Below are positions 1-11,589 of a stretch of 64,000 bases of DNA, in pieces. This stretch comes from Haliotis rufescens (taxonomy: Eukaryota), in contig NW_025963791.1 in the NCBI RefSeq assembly GCF_023055435.1, positions 10,230,001 to 10,294,000 of the forward strand, given 5' to 3'. Position 1 is the stretch's first letter. Each line of letters starts with the position of its first letter. Below the pieces are notes generated by a model that was given only the letters and a program-made list of their open reading frames with translations, was not told the DNA's origin and ran no database searches. The position numbers were made by a program, and so were the translations under genes.

Positions 1-682
1 CCGTGGTCTAGTGGTAGAGCGTCCGTCCGGAGAGAGGAAGGTCCGGGGTTCGATCCCCGGCCGCGTCATACCCAAAGACGTTAAAAGACGGTACTTGTTG
101 TTACCCTGTCTGACACTCGGCATTAAGTGGCTAAAACAAGGACTGGTCGGCTCTGTGTCAGTTTATTATATCTGACTTGGGTATTCATGTTAAACTGCGG
201 CATGGTATCTCAGTAGGGCTAGCACTATAAATCGGCTTCAGTCCGGACTAGTACAATTAGCCACACACACACACACACACACGCACACATTTCCAAATAA
301 GCATCAATAAATCTCATGAGCATAAATAATGTTTTCAAAAAACATAAGTGCGTGTGTGTTCATTTGTAAGGTGTTCGGAAAAAAGTCGGGATGTGCACGC
401 CCCTCCCCTTCACTCCCCCAGCCTACCCCTCCTGATCCGCCAGTGAAAACGAACAAAGCATTGTTACAATATAAAGAAAACATACCGCCTCGTTGTCCTA
501 TGTATTTCAACAAACGAGAAATGTCTTTCAAAATTATGTCAAGATGAAGGACAGGAAAGAAATTCATCGCTTTATCACTGACACATCATGATAATACCTT
601 ACATCCAGTCCAGATCAACGTTCTTGCTTTGCATAACAAACCTATCACGTGACCAGCATCGCACGAGCTCACCACGCGCGCG

Positions 683-713
<31 letters not shown>

Positions 714-775
714 GTCGCTATATAAGTGCAATAATCTTGGACGCGACGTTAAACCCTATTTCACCTCACCTCACC
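1..775 (+). mobile_element. tRNA-derived SINE family D (Meta-domain-like), split by an insertion at about 290-660
   Basis: A-box GTGGTCTAGTGG and B-box GGTTCGATCCC; body matches 32354 and 52498; tail GACGCGACGTTAAACCC(TCACC)n at about 710-775. Confidence 0.8.
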
Positions 776-1546
776 CCACTCACTGTTATATTGGTCGTGA
801 GTCTTTTCATGTAGACGGGTGATATTGAAATATTCTGTACTCTCACACTTTTACGTCCAGATAGATTGAAATATATATAAATTGTAATTTTTTTATTACT
901 TCGAAGTTATTACAATTTTGAAGTATACCTGTGTGATTCCTAAATTCCCCTTATATATCGATGAAATTGTGCCGAAAGATATATCGGCTGAATGAGAAGG
1001 GATGAGTTATTTAGGCTAAAGAACCAATTTCGTTCAGTTGTCAAAGGAAGCTAGTGAGCGATCCCAAAAGGCTGGAAGACCAAAATTCCCACGTGACCTA
1101 CCCGCGCCACAATTTTTATTCATAGGTTTATTTGTATTACTTGATTTCTTCTCCAAATGATTGGAAGTCGAAATAAACCAACGCATTTCTTTTAAATATC
1201 ATTGTGATTCCCTTCCTAATGAATAATCCCCCAATCGACATATATACCTGTCACATCATACTTATCTCCAACAGATTATAGTCCATAATAAACTGACGTC
1301 CAAGAGAAATTTTACCAGAGTTTGAAATCACTCTTGCTCAAAAACAACAAAACATACATGCATGAAGTAAAGTGTATTGAAAAGATCAATATATCAACAT
1401 AATCAACACTGAAAATGACAATCATACCGCGACCGAGAACGACGTCAGAGCCCCCCAAAGTTGGGTGTGGTACAAAACTCGAGCTTTCAGAATCATGGAC
1501 AATAGGCAGAGTACATAAACAATCGCTCACCTTCAATAACAAGTCA

Positions 1547-2504
1547 TTAGTAGCGTGTGTGACCACCAAATGCCTCAATACACGCAAAAACTCTTCGACG
1601 TACAGACAAAGTCAGTCGTCTGATGAGGTCACGTGGGATTTGACGCCATTCTTCTTGGAGGGCCAAGATCAGTTCTTGCCGGTTGGCTGGAGAGTGTGGT
1701 CGTTGTCCAACACGACGATCCATCAAGTCCCAGAGGTGTTCTATGGGGGACATGTCGGGTGAGCGTGCAGGCCACGGCAGGACGTTGACGTTGTTGGCTG
1801 CGAGGAAGTTAGTGACAATTCTGGCTGTATGGGCTCTAGCGTTGTCATGCTGATAAATGACACCACGTGGCTGCTGTTGGAGAAATGGTAGGACAACTGG
1901 ACGAAGAATGTTATCCATATAACGCTGAGCTGTCAAGTTTCCGTCAACGATGACCAGCGATGTCCTCTCCTGCCCACAGATCCCTCCCCACACCGTGACA
2001 CTCCCTCCACCATATGGTACGACCTCCTGCACGCAACACGCCGCCGTTCGCTCACCCCTTCGGCGGTAAACACGTTCTCACCGACAAGTCGATTCTGTAT
2101 GTTTATGTCTTCCACCAGCCCTAAACATACAGAATCGACTTGTCAGTGAAGACAACCCTCTGCCAGTCACGTCGTTGCCAACGTCGTACAGTCCGGGCCC
2201 ATCTCAAACGATGTTGCGCTGTCAATAGCTGTCCTATATATTGTCTAAAAGCCCTGATTCCATGAACCCTGAGTCTCCTGGCCACTGTCTGTCGACTAAC
2301 CCTGTGACCTAAGGCATTTGTCGCCGATGACGTCACTGTCAGGAAGCGATTTCGGAGGTGCAAGGTACGCAAGTACCGGTCATCATGGGGCGTGGTCACC
2401 CTGGGTCTGACTATTCTTGGCCTGTCAGCGGTCCGCCCTGTCTGTCTGTAACGTTGCATCAACACTGGAGCAACCGAAGGTTCGTGCAATATGGGCGTGG
2501 GTGG
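1547..2504 (-). mobile_element. Tc1-family (DD34E) transposase remnant, frameshifted and 5'-truncated
   Basis: VVFTD, GGGSVTVWGGI, YQHDNARAH and WPARSPDMSPIEHLW with 34 residues between D and E; split over several frames. Confidence 0.92.
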
Positions 2505-2750
2505 CGCACTCAGCAATATCCCAGGTATATGACGGCGGTCTTTAAATAATCGCGTCTGGACCAGACAATCAAGTGATTAATATCATGAGCATCGATCCAC
2601 GCAATTGGGATCGATGACATGCATCAACCAAGTCAGCGAGCCTGACCACCCGATCCCGTTAGTCGCCTCTTACGACAAACATCGTCACCTTTTACGGCAA
2701 GCATGGGCTGCCGAAGACCTATTCTACCCCGGAATCATCCCACGTGTCCC
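2505..2750 (-). mobile_element. Head-less SINE-like family B (Nin-domain-like)
   Basis: Reverse complement of the GGGGTAGAATAGGTCTTC...GTCGTAAGAGGCGACTAACGGG...CTGG.ATATTGCTGAGTGCG consensus. Confidence 0.85.
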
Positions 2751-3026
2751 TATTGATGACACAATCATGACTGCCTTAAAACATCACACAAAACAAGCGA
2801 CATGGAGTCTTACGCTCCCACGATGTTGGAAGAGATACATAGACATTATGAAATTATGGAATTCATTAACAGTTAATCATCCCTTGATTTCTAAGTAGCA
2901 ACTGCCCCTCCTGCCAACATATTATGTACGGAATGTACCCTTTTATAAAACAATAAATCTTTTGATGTCTGTCATGTGTCTCTTGTTCAATGATTGTAAG
3001 AATTCTCTTAGCTTATTTCAACAATT

Positions 3027-3196
3027 CAGTGAGTGAGTTAGTGAGTATATTTTTACGCTGCTTTTAGCAATATTAAAGCAATATCACGGTGGAGGACACC
3101 AGAAATGGGCTTCTTACATTGTACCCATGTCGAGAATCGAACCAGTTCTTCGGTGTGACGAGCAAACGCCTTAACCACTAGGTTACCCAATCTCCC
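3027..3196 (-). mobile_element. Short tRNA(Asp)-like SINE family C
   Basis: Reverse complement of the C consensus; TSD TTCAACAATTCA. Confidence 0.85.
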
Positions 3197-3282
3197 CTTC
3201 AACAATTCAAATCTAGTATGTCTGATCATAATTATGATGGCTATACCCTTAATTGATCTCAAGACGCAGACTTTACATGTAT

Positions 3283-3390
3283 ACTACTCAAAAAGAGTTC
3301 AAGAACATGGCGACAGGTTAACTATGAAAAGTGTATATATGACTTAGTCATATGAAAAAATTGGGTATTCCTTAACTTCCCTTGAGTAGT
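3283..3390. mobile_element. Small Tc1/mariner-type MITE
   Basis: TIR TACTACTCAA...AGTT / AACT...TTGAGTAGTA with TA flanks. Confidence 0.6.
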
Positions 3391-4266
3391 ATATTTGAAA
3401 TGTTTAATTATGCTTACAGGGCTCCAGAACATGTTTGGAGCCATTCGGCATATCCTCACAAGTTATCATTCACATCGGGTATTGATAGTTTTCTTTGGGT
3501 ATTCAAAACTGCTGACTCAGAGATAATCTCGGTAATACAGTAGGTGCACAGTACTTGATTTCTATAGGAGCGTAGGACAATGACAAGTGAAAAACGGCAG
3601 GTAGATAACTGCCCTAATTGTTTACAACTTTCGTTCAGAACTTTTGATATGTACAAATGAAAACCCACAAAGAACCCAAATATTCCCCCAATGGAACTCC
3701 CTTTTTGTTTTAGATTTGATAAAGGCTCAGAAACAGAGACGACAATGTGTGAAATATCCACAAAAGTATAATGGTGTTGCTTATACTTTCAACTTTCTGA
3801 ACTTAATATTTTAGTTCTTTTTTTGAGAAATCAGATATGCTTGTCTGAATGGTTCACTCATTGGTACTGCGACATTAGAAGACTTGATGCTGATTGGCTG
3901 CTTCGAGATACACCTGAAATGGGCATTAGCATCTTATGTTTGTCTTTTAACGTAACAAAATGGTCAGGTATTCCGATTTGGTGACTTGGCAGACTGCAAG
4001 TCACCATATCCGACAGCGTTGATCGCTGCCCTAAAAATCAAACAATGGTTTGCCTCTTTCAGTTCAGTAACAGTTTATCCAAATTTTAGCCCAGGGCTTA
4101 AAGGACAAAAACAGGATAGGAAGAATGGATATCCCATGTGTAATGAAACAATACTCACAAATGGAAGGAGAGCAACACTTAAACGTAAGACATGATTTTC
4201 TTTCCAACTAAAGGATTATGATTCAAGAACATGATAAATATAAAAATGACACTTGTCTAAAAATTT

Positions 4267-4413
4267 GGTTGGTTGGTTTGTTATTTAACGCCACACTCAG
4301 CAATATTCCAGCCATATGACGGCGATCCACGCAATTTGGATCGATGACATGCATCAACCAAGTCAGCGAGCCTGACCAACCGATCCTGTTAGTCGCCTCT
4401 TACGACAAGCATA
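4267..4413 (-). mobile_element. Family B, partial
   Basis: Tail plus Nin hairpin, with an internal deletion. Confidence 0.75.
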
Positions 4414-5258
4414 GACGACGTCTAAAATGTAACCAAAAACCAATATCGCAGCGCGTGTTTTTCATATGCCTTTAAATTGAGTACCCAGAATATCCCCTGC
4501 ATGAAGGGCCCAATGTGTCTTGTAAATGTGGAAATTTCTAACAGTGCTTAAGGTGCAATACTGGTACATATTGGCCATATAGAAGCATGCTACAATATAT
4601 GTTAAGATATCCATTGTGGGAGATCAATAAAAAAAATTATTTGTTTTAATCCGATGGGATTTGAAGCGTTTTATTTTTCCGTTTTTCAGACCATGGACTA
4701 AATAAAGAGGGTGCTTAAAACGTGCAGTCCTGGTAGTGAGTCAATAATTTACAGCCATACAGCTGTTATATTGCAGTGTTGCATTAAACATATGATTTAC
4801 AGGTTACTGATCTAAACAGGCTTCCATATATTTTCATCAACATTCGGATTGATATTATGAACAACGGAGAACGATGATATGCAATCACCCAAATCAAAAA
4901 GCCTGAGCACCACGCTTTTCTAGTGACCCTATAATGATAACACGTACATTCGTATGTTTTGATTAATACAAGGTAATAACTTCACCTGTCGCCCTTATTT
5001 GATGGGGCAAAGGTGGTCAAAAGGGGCAAAGGTCCAACGTGGCGCAATCAGATGTGCTGCATGTATTGGTCATGGGATCGAATTTTAGATCTTAGAGTTT
5101 TCCTAGGTTTCGAATGCCATAACGCCAAACATTGCCAATCATTCAAATTGCATCATTCAGTGAGATCGGCTTTGTGACGTCACTTCCGAAGCTAAGCTTT
5201 TGTGGTATGGATCTTAAAAATGTACCCTACTAGACCGGAGATGACGGTACACTTGACA

Positions 5259-5533
5259 ATGCGGGTGGCCCAGTCGTCTAAGGCGCCGCGATTCGCTGTG
5301 CAGAGTTGTGTCCCTTAAGCACGCCGGAAACCTATGATTGTGGGTTCGAATCCCCTTTCACCCCGATTATGTTTCTAGGTTTGTCAGCACCATACCAGTG
5401 CTCGTGGGTTTCACCGAAGTGGTAAACGTCTGAGACCTGCATCACTTCGGGCTTTCCTCCCTCATTAAGCTGACACGCCGTGATATAACTGGAATACTGT
5501 TAAAAGCGGCCTTAAACCCAACTCACTCACTCA
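5259..5533 (+). mobile_element. tRNA-derived SINE family A (V-domain-like body)
   Basis: GTGGCCCAGTCGTCTAAGGCG...GGTTCGAATCCC head, GTTTGTCAG...GGGTTT...TTTCCTCC body, (ACTC)n tail. Confidence 0.88.
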
Positions 5534-5777
5534 TCAACATTCAAATGCTAATCGGCTGCGAATTATATTATCTATCTCAACTTTCCTGATTAAAATCAAG
5601 GAAGAAACCGTTCAATGATCAGGGCATGTTTTCGTCAAGTTCATTCCTTTGCAACACAACCAACAGCTGATAAATCCTTTTCAAGTTCATGTACTGTTTT
5701 TCAATGAGAAATTATAACACACGCTGTCAAGTGTGATAGTAGATTAAGAAAAAACAACCGTTCATGGGCATTGTAAG

Positions 5778-5958
5778 TACAGTAAACTAAGGTTATAAAC
5801 GAACTCAAACGGACCACAAATTTTAGTTCGTTTCAACCGTAGTTCATTATAAGCATATATTCAACATCTATACAGCAAATGGCCGGGACCAAAAATTAAG
5901 TTCGTTATATCCGTCAGTTCGTTATAAGCGTGTTCATAATAAACACATTTTACTGTAT
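5778..5958. mobile_element. Tc1/mariner (pogo/Tigger-like) MITE
   Basis: TACAGTAAA ... TTTACTGTA ends with internal GTTCGTTATA repeats. Confidence 0.65.
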
Positions 5959-6314
5959 ACGCAAATATCGATAAATAAAACGTGAAATAACTTTGCACAA
6001 ACAAAACAAACATAGCAGCGCTTTCGAATCAAATATGCATCAATGTAAAACATAATTACAATAATATTAATTTATCGTCGGATCATACCTTTACTGAGTG
6101 ACGGCCTTGTTTATCGCAATTATTCGCGCTGTTACGAGGGGTGTGGCGTCACACTGACATTGTAAATATCTAGATGATCGCCTGTGTTTAAGATGATAAA
6201 GTCATCTTTTATAACTAAGTGAGATGTTTCACAGTTGTTCTTGTGATTAGAGAATAAACTACGAATGTTTCCTAAGCGCTTAAAACCCCATAACACAGAG
6301 ATCTTATTATTTAC

Positions 6315-6556
6315 CTGATGTTGCCAAACGCCACAATAAAGAACGCTATGGCAAACCCGTGTCCAACCGCTACCGCCGGGGCCGATGGGGGGGAAGTTTT
6401 CGCTATTCCGAGGGGATCTTGCACCGTCAAGCACCCCACGAACACAAACAGACACATCCCTAAGAATTCGGCCATGCAAGGTTGCAATATTTTCTGGAAA
6501 GGTTTCGATGGACTATCATCTCCTCTGTTGATAAGGGCATCGCTTTCTTTCGTCAT
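6315..6556 (-). CDS. Aquaporin-8-like paralog A, first coding exon only (downstream exons not found in window)
   Basis: ATG at 6556; MTKES...CMAEFLGMCLFVFVGC...AVAVGHGFAIAFFIVAFGNI then AG|GTAAAT phase-2 donor, the same position as in paralogs B and C (just before SGxHxNPA). Confidence 0.85.
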
Positions 6557-6670
6557 GATGCTGTGAAATTTGATGTCCCGCCTAGAACAGATGTGCTCGA
6601 CTGTCACAGTTTACGGCTAGTAGCGAGTGATATACACGAACCAATGTCACTCTACAGCCTAAACAATCAG

Positions 6671-6689
6671 CACGTGGTCAGGTCACGTG
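6671..6689. promoter_or_regulatory. Tandem canonical E-boxes (CACGTG-7nt-CACGTG) about 115-133 bp upstream of the AQP A ATG
   Basis: CACGTG at 6671-6676 and 6684-6689; function is inferred only. Confidence 0.35.
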
Positions 6690-6949
6690 ATAGTTTTTTT
6701 ATGCAAAGCAAGAACGTTGATCTGGACAGATACTGTATGTTCGGTATTATCATGATCTATGAGTGAGCAAGCGATGAATTTCTTTCATGTCCTTCATCTT
6801 GACATTTTTTTTAAAAGACATTTCTCGTTTGTTGAAATACATAGGACAGCGAGGCGGTATGTTTTTTTTATATTGTAACAATATGCACGGTTCCTTTTTG
6901 CTGGCGGACCAAGGTGGGTGGGGGTAGGGGAGCGGAGGGGAGGGGAGGG

Positions 6950-7185
6950 GGACCAGACTATCCAGTGATGGACATCATGAGTATCGATCCACGCAATTGG
7001 AATACGATGACATGCATTAACCAAGTCAGCGAGCTTGACCACCTGATCCCGTTAGTCGCCTCTTAAGACAAGCATAGTCGCCTATTACGACAAGCATGGG
7101 TTGCTGAAGACCTATTCTACCCCGGATCTTCAGGGGTCCGACGGCCTGTAAATAATCAAGTGTGGACCAGACGATCCGGTGATTG
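6950..7185 (-). mobile_element. Family B, rearranged
   Basis: 5' end GGACCCCTGAAGATCC at about 7139; tail fragment displaced. Confidence 0.75.
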
Positions 7186-7954
7186 CGAGCACAAATCCGT
7201 GCATGCACGTCGCTATATGAGTGCAATAATCTTGGACGCGACGTTAAACCCTATTTCACCTCACCTCACCCCACTCACTGTTATATTGGTCGTGAGTCTT
7301 TTCATGTAGACGGGTGGTATTGAAATAATTATTTTCTGTACTCCCCCCACACTTATACGTCCAGATAGATGGAATTATATATAAATTGTAATTTTTTTGT
7401 GACTTCGAAGTTATTACAATTTTGAATTATAACTGTGTGATTCCTTAATTCCCCTTATATATCGATGAAATTGTGCCGAAAGATATATCGGCTGAATGAG
7501 AAGGGATGAGTTATTTGGGCAAAAGAACCAATTTTGATCAGTTGTCAAAGGAAGCCAGTGAGCGATCCCAAAAGGCTGGAAGAACAAAACTCCCACGTGA
7601 CCTACCTCCGCCCAAATGAAATTAACTTTCGATTGTTGATATACAAAACTTTAGATTAAGAACGAAACTTTCATGATGATTATGCATCTCTGTTAAGGCG
7701 TTAAAATACTCAATACGTGATTAAATATAAGCGAGTAAGATGTTTATTGCTAAACAGGACATATCTGCGTTTCTAATGAGCTAAAGCCTAAATTCTCTCA
7801 TCTGAACGTGTATAATTTAATTTGGTGGGTATATACGAATTAACTACTTGATAACGAAATGGTTTTTGAAGAATATTTATTAAACCCTCCTATTTCTGGC
7901 ATTTGTACAAATTGCGCTGTCACTGAACATAATGTGAAACTGTTCTCCCACCAT

Positions 7955-8165
7955 TCTGCTTCACTCGACTTCACATAATTCTGCTACACCCGACTTCACA
8001 TAATTCTTTACACACGATTTCACATAATTCTGCTACATCTGACTTCACATACTTATTTACACACGATTTCACATAATTCTGCTACATCTGACTTCACATA
8101 ATTCTGCTACATCTGACTTCACATAATTCTGCTACATCTGACTTCACATAATCCTGCTACATCCG
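7955..8165. repeat. About 25-bp tandem repeat (GACTTCACATAATTCTGCTACATCT), about 8 units
   Basis: Direct inspection. Confidence 0.9.
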
Positions 8166-8388
8166 AATTACACAAATGAAATACACTGAACTGCAAATTA
8201 TACTTTGCACATTTAAAAATAATGTGATTTTAAATTCGTTGTACTGGTTCGACCCAAATAGGCACAACACACATCGCCCAAACGCATCGGTGTTGTACCT
8301 GTAATTTTTACTATCAATGCCAATGTGTTTTTGAGAAAATGCGAAAAATATAGAGCCACGTGATGTCATTGCTCTTAGAAATGCACAT

Positions 8389-9167
8389 TTGAAATGCCCA
8401 AGACTAACATCAGAACAACGTGAGCGAGCAATTGGGATGGTCCAGATGGGGGCCACGCAAACCTACGTTGAAAGAACCTTTGGCTGTTCCTGTGTTGCCG
8501 GGGGGCACGGGTGGCCCAGTCGTCTAAGGCGCCGCGATTCGCTGTGCAGAGTTGCGTCCCTTGGGCACGCCAGAAACCTATGATTGTGGGTTCGAATCCC
8601 GGTTCGCCCCGATTATGTTTCTAGGTTTGTCAGCACCATACCCGTGCTCGTGGGTTTCACCGAAGTGGTAAACGTCTGAGACCTGATGCATCACTTCGGG
8701 CTTTCCTCCCACATTAAGCTGACACGCCGTGATATAACTGGAATACTGTTAAAAGCGGCATTCAACCCAACTCACTCAATCACTCCTGTGTTGCCGTTGG
8801 AAACCTCAGACAGACTGGAAGGACATCGGCCAGACCCAGGACAGGGAGCCCACGGGTCACTACGCCACAGGAAGACCTATAATAGCATACGTTGAACCTC
8901 CGCAACCGCTTCCTCACAGTGACTTCAACGGCAGTGAATGCTTTGGGTCGGCGGGTGAGCAAACACTCAGTGACCAGAAGACTTCGGGCAGCATGTATCA
9001 GGGGCTGCCGACCGTTCAGAGGACAGATGTTGACTGCTGAACATCGACGCAGACGAATACGATGGGCTAATACAGTGCGACGGTGGCAACGTCGGGATTG
9101 GCAACGTGTGGTCTTTACGGACGAAAGCAGGTTCTGTTTGTTTAGAGTTGATGGCAGGCAGCGTGTT
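8389..9167 (+). mobile_element. Tc1-family transposase remnant (N-terminal half), related to 1547-2504, interrupted by a SINE
   Basis: PRLTSEQRERAIGM... and LRNRFLTVTSTA...WQRRDWQRVVFTDESRF. Confidence 0.88.
8499..8783 (+). mobile_element. SINE family A nested in Tc1
   Basis: Full length, flanked by TSD TCCTGTGTTGCC. Confidence 0.9.
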
Positions 9168-9697
9168 TATCACTGGATTGTCTTGGCCAGACTCGATTAT
9201 TTACAGACCGTCGTCATATAGCTGGAATATTGCTGAATGCGGCGTTAAACAATAAACAAACAAACAAATATTAAGTGACAAAGTAGACACAATTTATGGT
9301 TAACAACTTCTTTAATACTGTAAAGGTCACGTTTGGATAGATCCTTATACTGTTGTCAAGCAAGACTGACTTGCATGACAACGGTAGACGGATCTATATT
9401 AAAACGTCGCCTTTACAGTTTTAAAGAAGTTGTTATCCATAAATTGTGTCTATCTTGTCATCCGTCAACTTCTCAGTAATACCTATCAAACAATTCAAAT
9501 ATTAAGTGTCAGAGGTATTGTCGATATTACCATTCATGTCCTTGAAATCTTGGGAATGCAGAGTGTGTTTTTTCGATTTTATTTCAAGAAACATCCTTTA
9601 AAAACACATCTCTTGTACATCAAGGTGTTGCAGTGAGAATGTTCGGGAGTATTGCGTGGGGTATGACACCCATGCCATATCTTAAACGGCCCGCCGA

Positions 9698-9980
9698 CGG
9701 GGGCACGCGTGGCCCAGTCGTCTAAGGCGCCGCGATTCGCTGTGCAGAGTTGCGTCCCTTGGGCACACCAGAAACCTATGATTGTGGGTTGGAATCCCGG
9801 TTCGCCCCGATTCTTTTTCTAGGATGGTCAGCACCATACCTGTGCTCGTGGGTTTCACCAAAGTGGTAAACGTCTGAGACCTACATCACTTTGGACTTTC
9901 CTCCAACATTAAGCTGACACGTCGCGATATAACTGTAATACTGTTAAAAGCGTCGTTAAACCCTACTGACTCACTCACTC
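9698..9980 (+). mobile_element. SINE family A
   Basis: Full-length copy. Confidence 0.88.
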
Positions 9981-10852
9981 GATGCACAGACGAAGATACT
10001 TGTATGTTGTGTGAACCGACGCTCAGGTGTGCATCACATGTGACGTCATAGACCATTGACTCAAAATACACCATTTGCCCCGTGCAGGATTTGGTGTGTA
10101 AACGTTGGAAATCACGTATAGCATACCGTGATAAGAATAAAGACACTGTGGTAACACTTGACTGGTTCTCAGTTTTGTCATTAATGGTACACAATTGAAA
10201 CATCTCTTTTTAACTTACATCCTTTATCAAGGCAGGGAACCACTCACATGATTAATTCAATAAAATACCTGTATACAGTCTGACCATGGCGTCTGTAAAT
10301 TGTGCTTAGTTATGAAAATTAATATTATAATTCTGATATTGTTGTTTATAAAATTAGAAGATCGTAGTTTATGTATATATTGATCACGTTTTGTTAATCA
10401 TGTTTATCTTCTAAAATGTAAATCATATTCTTTTGGATATTTCAGATAATACAGTAACTAACAATTACTTGTTGTATTTTTTCAGATTTATCAAGCTACT
10501 ATCTTCATTGATGTACCGACAATTGTATTTTCAATTCAGGCTGCGTAAGATATTAGTAGTCGTTAGCTAAGCATCATTAGTAAAGAGCTCTCGTCTTTTG
10601 TTAGGTTCATTTCATGGGGTCAGTCCATTGGAATATAGGGTGGGCAGGCATATCTTTGTTGACCAATCAAAGTTGAAGCTGAGGTGTTTTCTTGGCTGGC
10701 GTGGTTTTAAATCTCAGTGTTTTAAGTTCTTTTATTTTCACGACTGCACTTTCAACTCCCACTCAACTCTGTCCTCGGGATGACACGGCAAGCAATTTAA
10801 AGGTTAGTATGTATAGTTGTTAGTGTGTCCTATATGCATAAATCATTATAGG

Positions 10853-11018
10853 TTTATGTTTCTAGGTTTGTCAGCAACATACCCGTGCTCGTGGGTTTCA
10901 CCGAAGTGGTAAACGTCTGAGACCTGCATCACTTCGGGCTTTCCTCCCACATTAAGCTGACACGCCGCGATATAACTGGAATACAGTTAAAAGCGGCGTT
11001 AAACCCAACTCACTCACT
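10853..11018 (+). mobile_element. SINE family A, 5'-truncated
   Basis: Body and tail only. Confidence 0.85.
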
Positions 11019-11225
11019 AAGTGTAGGTAGCTGAATTCCTTTATCCTTTTAATATTATTTAGTATGTAACATATTGTAATGTGTATGTGTGGCGAGTGTG
11101 TGTGTTCTAGATATATTGTATTTCATTGTATGTGCGCCTGTGTTTTGGTCTGGATGTTATTTCGATTAACTTGTTTATTCAGTGACTTGTCTTGTGTATT
11201 CATCCTTTGATGACAGGTACACGCT

Positions 11226-11492
11226 TTGTTTGTTTGTTTGTTGTTTAACGCCGCACTCACCAATATTCCAGCTATATGACGGCGGTCTGTAAATAATCGA
11301 GTCTGGACCAGACAATCCAGTGATTAATATCATGAGCATCGATCCACGCAATTGGGATCGATGACATGCATCAATCAAGTCAGCGAGCCTGACCACCCGA
11401 TCCCGTTAGTCGCCTCTTACGACAAGCAGAGTCGCCTTTAACGGCAAGCATGGGTTCCTGAAGACCTATTCTACCCCGGATCGTCACGGGTC
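11226..11492 (-). mobile_element. Family B, full length
   Basis: TSD GACAGGTACACGC; (CAAA)n tail. Confidence 0.9.
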
Positions 11493-11589
11493 GACAGGTA
11501 CACGCACGCACGTACGTACGTACGTACATACATAGGAAAGACGGAAAGGCCTCCGCTCGTGTCCCCCCTAAAAATATCTATAATTAAAA

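Noticed and set aside
1547-9167. Active Tc1 transposase, or a composite transposon carrying AQP A exon 1
   Set aside because: Both copies are frameshifted and truncated by SINEs; no paired TIRs or TA TSD enclosing the interval were found.
11175-11396. Recurrent small ORF MVRLADL...[19 protein letters not shown] (also at 13332, 18398, 42445 and 60110) as a peptide gene family
   Set aside because: These are translations of family B repeats with inconsistent starts and frames.
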